Shown here in pieces: positions 55,675 through 64,000 of a stretch of 64,000 bases of DNA (positions are counted from its first letter, which is position 1; each line of letters begins with the position of its first letter). The stretch is taken from assembly GCA_051294375.1 (NCBI GenBank), contig CM119268.1, forward strand, positions 2,787,292-2,851,291. The letters run 5' to 3'. Source of the stretch: Paraspadella gotoi. Its lineage: Eukaryota; Animalia; Chaetognatha. The notes under the pieces were generated by a model, which saw only the letters and a program-made list of their open reading frames with translations, searched no databases and had not been told where the DNA came from. Position numbers and translations under genes: made by a program.

Positions 55675-55885
55675 CAACCCGTTCGCCATTCGCGAGTCAA
55701 TGCAACACAATCATTGGGCTCCGCCGTGCCACTGCTGCAATAAAGTCGCCCATAAAGGGAAACGAATCTTCGTCGTTCATCGACGTTCGGAACGACAGAG
55801 GAAGAAACGCGACATCGCTGAGGGGGGGGGGGCATCGAGGGATGGAATGGAAAACGACTTGGTGACGAGGACAACTGACGGAAGC
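55675..55885 (+). CDS. Candidate internal exon (inverted copy ~51260-51475, partial copy 57092-57151)
   Basis: Follows a (CT)n tract; frame QPVRHSRVNATQSLGLRRATAAIKSPIKGKRISSFIDDSNDRGKTATSAEGGGASRDGMENDLGDEDN; donor gaag|gtaagg in the third copy. Confidence 0.4.
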
Positions 55886-56995
55886 GTAAGGACATGGTGG
55901 AAACAAAGTAAATAGTAAACTGAATGTTGGCATAAGACAATTTCCATTCTAACAAGTTTGTCAGTTTTAAAAAAAGTGCTAGAGATAATAAATTGTAAAG
56001 TTATATTACGGCCAACAACGTGCAGTGGCAAGGAAATTGTAAATCGAGAAAGGACGACGAAAACCACGACGACAATGAAGACGAGCCTGCAACAACACAA
56101 AACAGCAAACAACACCAACACAAGAATGAACGACACCAGCGGAGGAAACTCGCTCTCAGGTTTATGGCGCCAAAAACAGAGCGTTACTTGGCGAGAGAAA
56201 CTGAGGTTGCTGCAATGAGAAACTTACGACGGACGGACGACGACAACAAGTGAGAAACGCACTAAAGGAATGGAGGGCAAGGACGAAAGCTCTATTGCTT
56301 CCGCGAGATGGTTAATCTGAACGACTCGTAGATGGAATTATCGTGGAAACCGTAAGATTTCCTTCTTTTACGGAGTTAACACGAAGATGTCAATTAAAGT
56401 TATTGAAAAATGATACATAGACATAATACTGTAATTGACTTAGATTCAACCCCACAACGAAAACAAAAGCCCATGTAACATAAAAATAGCAAAATCTAAT
56501 TATATCCCCAAAGTCCGCGGATATCAACTTCCGTCCACGGTCGCCCTTTTCTTATTTTTCTCAATGACCCGGATTTTAGTTTCACACACGGTCGGTAAAT
56601 TTCTATTTTCTCCAGAACCCGTATGTAATTTCATGATAACAGACGTCCTTTCCTTATTTTTTCCAAGTCCGGATGTAATAAACGTCGCGCTCTCTTGGAA
56701 ACCGTTTGACCGGAAGGAAGCGTGAGGCGACAAATGGGGAGACGGAAAACTCGTCTGAGTCCGGAAAACCCGTCGAAGCAATGCAGCTTCGCGGCATCCG
56801 CAGGCTGCACGCTGATTACTTTGCTGCAGCTAATTAAATTGTACGAATGCACAAGAAAAAAATGAAGACCGTTGCAACATAATGCGTAAATAATTATCAT
56901 TGCAATCAAAATATTTTTCTCTTCCAAACTTTTGGACATTCACTTATTGACAAAGAAACCTTGTCGAACCGCTACTATCTTTCTTTCTCTTGTTT

Positions 56996-57030
<35 letters not shown>

Positions 57031-57091
57031 TCTTCTCTCTCCTCTTCTCTTCTCTTCTCTCTCTCTNNNNNNNNNNNNNNNNNNNNNNNNN

Positions 57092-58240
57092 GGGGGGGGG
57101 CATCGAGGGATGGAATGGAAAACGACTTGGGTGACGAGGACAATGACGAAGGTAAGGACATGGCGGGAACAAAGTAAATAGTAAACTGAATGTTGGCATA
57201 AGACAATTTCATTCTAACAAAGTTTGTCAGTTTTTTTTTAAAAAGTGCTAGAGATAATAATTGTAAAGTTATATACGGCCAACTAACGTGCAGTGGCAAG
57301 GAAATTGTAATCGAGAAAGGACGACGAAAACGACGACGACAATGAAGACGACGCCTGCAACAACAACAACAACAGCAACAACACAACCACAAGAATGAAA
57401 CGACACCAGCGGGAGGAACTCGCTCTCAGGTTTATGGCGCCAAAACAGAGCGTTTACTGCCGAAGAAAACTGAAGGTGCTGCAATGAGAACGACGACGAC
57501 GACGACGACAACAAAGTGAGAACGACTACAAGGGAATGGAGGGCAAGGACGAAAGCTCTTTGCTTCCGCGAGATGGTTAAATCTCGAAGACTCGTAGATG
57601 GAATTATCGTTGGAACCGTAGATTCCTTCTTTTACGGAGTTAAACACGAAGATGTCAATTAAAGTTATTTGAAAATGTACATAGACATAATACTGTAATT
57701 GACTTAGATTCAACCCCCACAACGAAAACAAAAGCCATGTACATAAATAGCAAAATCTAATTATATCCCCAAAGTCCCGGATATAACTTCCGTCCACGGT
57801 CGCCCTTTTCTTATTTTCTTCAAGACCCGGATGTAGTTTCACACCACGGTCGTAAATTTCTATTTTCTCCAAGACCCGTATGTAATTTCATATAACAGAC
57901 GTCCTTTCCTTATTTTTTCCAAGTCCCGGATGTAATTAACCGTCGCGCTCTCGTTGGAAACCGTTTGACCGGAAGAAGCGGAGGCGACAAATGAGACGGA
58001 AAACTCGTCTGAGTCGGAAAACCCGTCGAAGCTGCTGCAGCTTGCGGCTTCCGCAGCTGCAGCTGATTACTTTGCTGCAGCTAATTAAATATGTACGAAT
58101 GCACAGAAAAAAAATGAAGACGTGCAACTATAATGCGTAAATAATTTATCATTGCATCAAATATTTTTCTTTCAAACTTTTGGACATCACTTATTGACAA
58201 AGAAAACCTTTCGAACCGCTACTATCTTTCTTTCTCATCT
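57092..58240 (+). repeat. Third copy of 55823-57000, directly after a 25-N gap
   Basis: ggggcatcgagggatggaatgg...cgaaccgctactatctttc direct match. Confidence 0.93.
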
Positions 58241-58676
58241 CTCTCTCTCGTGGACGAGATTCTTTGCTCTCAAGATATCTCTCTCTCTCTTCTTCTCTTC
58301 TTCTCTTCTCTCGTCTCTCTCTCTCTCTCTCTCTGCTCTAATCAAAATCCCCAAAAAAGACTCGACTTCTTTTACCGATCCATTTAAATCACACACCCCT
58401 TCCATCACCTCCCCCCTTCCCCCTTCCCCATCACCTCCCCCCCTTCCACCCCCATCCATTTAATCCCGCAACGTCTTCCGTCACAAATCTCTTTTTACAC
58501 TCGGACGTTTATCCGTCACGACGGCGTCACGCTTCCTTCAGTCGCGTCCGTCAAAAGCCTCAAAATCGTCTCCCGTCAAAAGGCGCTATCATCTTCGCTC
58601 GAAAGGAAGGATATTTTTTTTCTCCCTGGGCTGTCGATCGCTTCGGCGGTGTTTCGAGGCGATAAGAGAAAGGAGC

Positions 58677-58757
58677 GTTCGTTCGTTCCTTCGTTCGTTG
58701 GTTCGTTTCTTCGTTCGTTCGTTCGTTCGTTCGTTCGTTCGTTCGTTCGTTCGTTCG
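58677..58757 (+). repeat. (TTCG)n tetranucleotide microsatellite
   Basis: Directly visible. Confidence 0.95.
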
Positions 58758-59749
58758 CTTATATTTTCTTTTGTTTCTTCGTTGCGTTTCCTCGTTCATT
58801 CTTGCCCTCCTCTTCCCCCCAAAAAAAAACCGAACAAAAAAACAAACTTGCATTTCGTTGTGATAAATGTGTACGTAACTCGTAATTGTATCAACTTGAC
58901 GAGAATCGTCAGCTGGTGACGCCAACTCGATCTCACAAGCGAAAGCTTGTGATTCGTTTGGAAATATTTTTAGAAAAGCGGTGGCTGGCGAATGATTGGC
59001 AGGGATTGATCAAGCTCGGAGATGATTGATAGATATCGATCGAGTTGACTTCCGATTGCTCTTTGATTGACAGGAAATGAGTCAGTTTTAGTTTACATTT
59101 CCGTTTTAGCGTCTGTTTTGTTTGTTTGGTTTTTTTTTTTAAATTACGTTTCGATCGAGGCATTTTGACGTGACGTGAATCGACGTGACGTGAATCGTTC
59201 ACAAAACTCGACTTCTTGACGTGAATGGACTCCTGGGTCGTGAATTTCGAGGCGACGGTGAATCGAGTTGATTCGGCGGGGAAGAGTGAATTCTTCTCCG
59301 CGAGTCAACATCATCGTTTTCATCATCGATCGACGCCTTTTGTTTAAAATTAATGTTTAAAATGTTCCTTAACATGCAATCTTAACAGAAATTGCCGAGA
59401 AGCCTTCGCCAACGGGCACCGTTTCCTCTTCATTTGTCCTCATCCTCTTCCCCCTCCTCCCGGAGATGCCGGGTCAAGTCCAGGGTTTTAGATTTTTCCT
59501 TCACGCTTTTTCTCTCTTTTCCTCTCACCAGACCTCTTCCGTTTGATATATATTTTTTTCTCACTGACTTAGTCGCTTACCGATATATAATTTCCCTTTT
59601 CCTCCATTTACCTCGTTTTACTTACCGTCAGTTCGAGTTTGACCTACCCGAACTTAGTTAGAATGTGCTCCTGAGCTTAAAATACAAATGAAAATAAAAC
59701 AAGAGAGAGTCGAGAAGAAATATAAAAAAAACCTTTCTTCTGGACTTTT

Positions 59750-59830
59750 AATTTATTGGGATATATTTATTGGGACAGATTTATTGGGATACATTTATTG
59801 GGATATATTTATTGGGATCGATTCATTGGA
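59750..59830 (+). repeat. Short minisatellite atttattgggat(a), about 5 copies
   Basis: Directly visible. Confidence 0.85.
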
Positions 59831-60235
59831 ATAGAAGTAACTGTCATTGATGGGATTGGCTCACATTGTGTCACTGATTTTAATTTTCGGTTTTTAATTT
59901 TACTTGAATCGTTACAATGTAACTTACATTTAAATTTTGTAAAATATTTAATAAAGAAATAATAGGGAGAATCGAAATTAATTAAACTTGACGCTAAACC
60001 TAACCCATTCTTATGAAAATTGAAACACGACGACAGAAACGACGACGACGACGACGACGACAACGACGACGACGACGACGACCGAGATCCTCCGTCGAGT
60101 TTCATTGTTTTTGAAAGTCGATCTTTCGTTCCGTCGATTTTATAACAAAAAAAGCGGAAATTCCGGACTCACGGTTCCATTGCAGGAAAGAGAGGAGAAG
60201 AGAGAGAGAGATGAGAGAGAGAGAACGCCGTAGAG

Positions 60236-60273
<38 letters not shown>

Positions 60274-60402
60274 TAGAGAGAGATCTCTTTTTTTTGTCGC
60301 GGTTTTATTTATACGGCTGCCAATAAAACGAAGAATTTAAAACGAAAATGAAAATTATTTTGGTCGAAGACTCCAAGTCGTTGTTCCGCCTCAATTAAGC
60401 GG

Positions 60403-60456
<54 letters not shown>

Positions 60457-60457
60457 T

Positions 60458-60499
<42 letters not shown>

Positions 60500-61436
60500 C
60501 TCCGACCTCCCACTCACTCTCGTCTTCTCTTTCTGTCTCATCAGCTCTTACATTCGTAATTTCCAGCCTTTTGAACTGACTTTTGTTTGGGTTTTTTTTT
60601 TTTCTCCTCCATTCTCTTGTCCCTTCTGCTTACCTTTGCAAGTCGCCCTTATCTCAACCTTTCAATGCCCTTTCCCTTATATCCCTCTCCGCTCCTCCTC
60701 TCTTCTTCCTCCTCCTCCTCCTCTTCACCCTCCTCCTCTTAGACCTTTGAGATGACGTCATATCGAGATTCCATCGAATCGCCCGATCGAATCCAACTTT
60801 CACCATTTTTCCCTTCTCCCCTTTTTCCCTTTTCCATTTTTCCCTTCTCCCCTTATTCCCTTTTCCTTATTTTCCTTTCCTCTTTGTCCTTTATCTTTTT
60901 CTCCTTTTTCCCCGTCATCTCTTCCAATCTTTTTCATCCCCATTTTCATGTCATCTCTTCTATTCTTAACTCTGTCCGTTCCCCCCTTCCAATTTCATCT
61001 CTTCCCTCCATTCGAGTTCCCCACTTCTCAACTCGTCTTAAACTTGACGCCTTTCATCCCCACAAAGCTCTTTCCCCTTTTCTTTCACGAACGAAAAACT
61101 AATTCCCCGCTTACTTTTACTCTCTTACACTCACGATCCCCGAATCCCCCTTTCTGTTCTCCAACTTCTTTCCCTCTTCCCTCCTACTAATCCCCCCCTC
61201 CCTTCACCACTTCCCTCTCTCGCCAGTCGAAGGCTCTTCCGCGCATATTCACGAGTCGCGAAGCTTGTCCCAACTTCTCCTCCTACCCCCCCCCCGAGGG
61301 AGAGGAAGAGGAGGAAGAAGAGGAAGAGGAGGAGGGAGAGTGGGAGGACCTAAAGAGAAGAGAGAGAAAGAGTCGATCATTAATCATTGTCACTGGGTTG
61401 AATGGGTTTGCGATTCCATCCTTCCCTTTTCACCCC

Positions 61437-61501
<65 letters not shown>

Positions 61502-61681
61502 TTTCCTTATATTCCTTCTTGAATTGCATTTTATTTTCGACATTTACTTTTTCTCAGGTTTTTTCGTCGAAAGAATATTTCTTCTGTCAACTTTTAAACT
61601 TTTCTTTTCATTTAAAAAATATTTATTTTATTAGTCTTTTATTTCATAAAATCATTCTCTTTCTTTCTCTCGTTCTTTCGT

Positions 61682-61721
<40 letters not shown>

Positions 61722-61880
61722 TTTTTTAACCATTTTTACATTTTACATTTTTTCTTTACCTCCTTTTGGTCCGTTGGTATGGTATTTATATTAATTCTTA
61801 CATATTCTTTTAATGTTAGCCTTTTGCGTTGTCTTGTCGTAATTGACTGCTTCTTGTTTACTATATACTACACAACTCTC

Positions 61881-61976
<96 letters not shown>

Positions 61977-62050
61977 TTCGGATCATTCACCTTCATTTGC
62001 AGCCTTCGGGTCACAAGCTCCACCCACGGGACAACGATGCCGATGAAAAC

Positions 62051-62082
<32 letters not shown>

Positions 62083-62907
62083 TCGCCGCTGTCCTACGGA
62101 ATCACGTCGATGATTTATGACGCAATTTAAGCGACGAAGAAGAAAAACTTGGATACAAAGAAGAAGATGTGAAGAGAGAAGAAACAATGAGAGAAGGAGG
62201 AGGAGGAGGAAGAGAAAAAAAAGAAAAGAAAGAAATTAGTTTGTTGAAAACAAGTTAAATCAGAGATGACCCGAACCAAAATTAAATGTGACTCTTAATT
62301 AAGCCCGAGTCTCTTCAAGAAAAGTGGTTCTTTCCAGTCGCCGGAGAAAACGCTCCTAAATATTGTTAGCGAATTCACAAGCCGAAGTAAAGATAATAAT
62401 TCGGTAAAATACTAAAAAGAAAAAAGTACTAAAAAAATAAATCAAACACTTTGCAAGGCAGATTCATTAATGATTGTGAGTTTCCAAACCTTAATAATTA
62501 CTAGTCAACCATCGCCACACGGCGAGAGGGGGGGACAGCCCTGAGAAGAAAGAAAAAAGGAAGGAAAGAAAAGAAGAAAAAAAAAGCAAAAAGAAGAAAA
62601 AAAAAGAAGGGAAGAAAAAGGAATTGAGTGATGATGAAAAAAGGTTCACTCTGTGCTGGTAGTCTAACTGATCAAATTCACGTTAAATCATGCTTGGCCC
62701 ACTTTAGACTTTAGGGATCAAGTTGGTTCCCCTATTTATTGGTAATGTCCCAACTGTTTCAGGGATATAGTTCTTTTCACTAAAAACTAAAATTATGGAG
62801 AGGGGGGGGGGCGGCCAGGGGTCCAGTGGAGGGGCCCGCCATTTCTCTCGCCGCCCCTGCCACTGTAAAATCTGATACTTTCCTTCTCGAAAGATAACGA
62901 TGCCTTT

Positions 62908-63231
62908 TTGTTCCCCTTTTTCATTCGCCCGAAAAATCGCGACGCGTGGCGAACTCTGTCGAGCAGCGGCCGAATCGACACCTCGTACCAGATTGAAAGG
63001 TTATACTGGCAGCGCACGGAGGAGGCACAAAACACAACCTCGTTCAACCTTTCTTCGTCCGTGACGCTGTACGTTCGGTCCGCGTCAAACCTAACCCAAC
63101 GTTATCTCGCACGCACTTACTTGCGATTCTCTCTCGAAATAATTTTTAGAAGAAGAAACGCGATTCGTATTTTCGTCTCCCTGGGTTCCGCTGGGCAGCT
63201 CTATTTAGAGATGGGCGAACGCACAATTTGA
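62908..63231 (+). CDS. Possible coding segment, unknown product
   Basis: 107-codon high-complexity ORF in a GC-richer block; no recognisable motif or clear splice sites. Confidence 0.25.
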   Translation: MFPFFIRPKNRDAWRTLSSSGRIDTSYQIERLYWQRTEEAQNTTSFNLSSSVTLYVRSASNLTQRYLARTYLRFSLEIIFRRRNAIRIFVSLGSAGQLYLEMGERTI

Positions 63232-63769
63232 AGCGTACGTACAGGGCGGATGTGCGGATGCGCCTCGTACGTTTCAACGTTAAATATTCTCGATTTAATA
63301 AATGGATAAGGCGAAAATCGTTATCGGTACTCATGACTCTGTAAAATATATTTGGGAGAGTCTTTCAGTTACTTGTAATAAACTGATGCTTTTCCGGTCT
63401 CGGAAAATTTATCTATTTGCTTATGACAGTAATGTAATACTAATGAACCGTCAACCTATGGTTCTCATTCATTTTTCCTCAGACGAGCGCTTAACTCCTC
63501 GCTCCTTCGCCAACAAACGACCGTCCCCTCGTCCAAGACTTTTTACAACTTTTTAAACTATACTAGTCAATACTTATAATTTTGTTTGTTCCGGCGTAAG
63601 AAAAACGAATCATATGTATTAAATGATATTAATAGTGAATGATTGATATCTAAACTAACTCTTAAGGTTCCAAAAGAACAAGAAAACAAAAACCAATTAG
63701 CTTCTTTTTTCTATTTTTGCAACTAAATCAACTACATCAACGCCGACAACAGCGGGAACTCCATCACCT

Positions 63770-64000
63770 CAGACTATGCGCCTCGTCTCTTTTCCGACGC
63801 GGCCTTTGCTCCCACTGCCCACCTTCTCCCTCTCTCCCTCTCTCTCTCCCTCTCTCTCTCCCTCCTCTTCCGCTTCCTTCCGATGACTTCAGATGGCAGC
63901 AGCGCCGATTCCCTCGTCGCCGACGCCGCGTCGGCGGCGCCGTCTCTGGTCGGCGCATTCGGCGGAAATCCGGCGGGACGGAAGCCTCCACCGGCACCGC
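63770..64000 (-). CDS. Possible exon running off the window end
   Basis: Very GC-rich; minus frame GAGGGFRPAGFPPNAPTRDGAADAASATRESALLPSEVIGRKRKRR. Confidence 0.3.

Larger units (their letters stand above)
53920..57066 (+). repeat. Right arm F2 of second inverted duplication
   Basis: Reverse complement of 50071-53275. Confidence 0.95.

Noticed and set aside
50071-57066. A genuine 7-kb chromosomal palindrome or Maverick/TIR element
   Set aside because: Bounded by gaps on both sides, no transposon genes, and better explained by merging of two orientations of segment S
62515-62862. Possible hAT-type MITE ending ctctcgccgcccctg
   Set aside because: Only a 9-bp match (cggcgagag) at the putative other end and no 8-bp TSD found

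Overview
AT-rich eukaryotic (probably invertebrate animal) scaffold, dominated by (GA/TC)n, (TCG)n and (CAT)n microsatellites. It has five gaps of exactly 25 N and many indel errors between duplicated copies, which suggests gap filling with unpolished long reads. No complete host gene can be read, only a few candidate exons. The clearest element is a full-length, frameshift-riddled Ty3/Gypsy LTR retrotransposon (40558-47412, minus strand) with TG..CA LTRs, a 4-bp AAAG target-site duplication, PPT, PBS, gag-PR-RT-RH-INT motifs and a GGAAAC+stem/pseudoknot candidate frameshift signal; its empty site is also present in the window. From 37 to 57 kb there are two large palindromes that share the same ~640-bp central segment with the same boundary, the pattern expected if that segment exists in both orientations. 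Other features are a ~5.7-kb foldback-like element with ~1.25-kb TIRs lying between two copies of a 1.55-kb direct repeat, Helentron-like non-autonomous (HINE/pearl-type) elements, a palindromic MITE, a Penelope-like terminal fragment with a minimal hammerhead ribozyme motif, and several minisatellites. All coordinates were read by eye and are approximate unless a motif is quoted.
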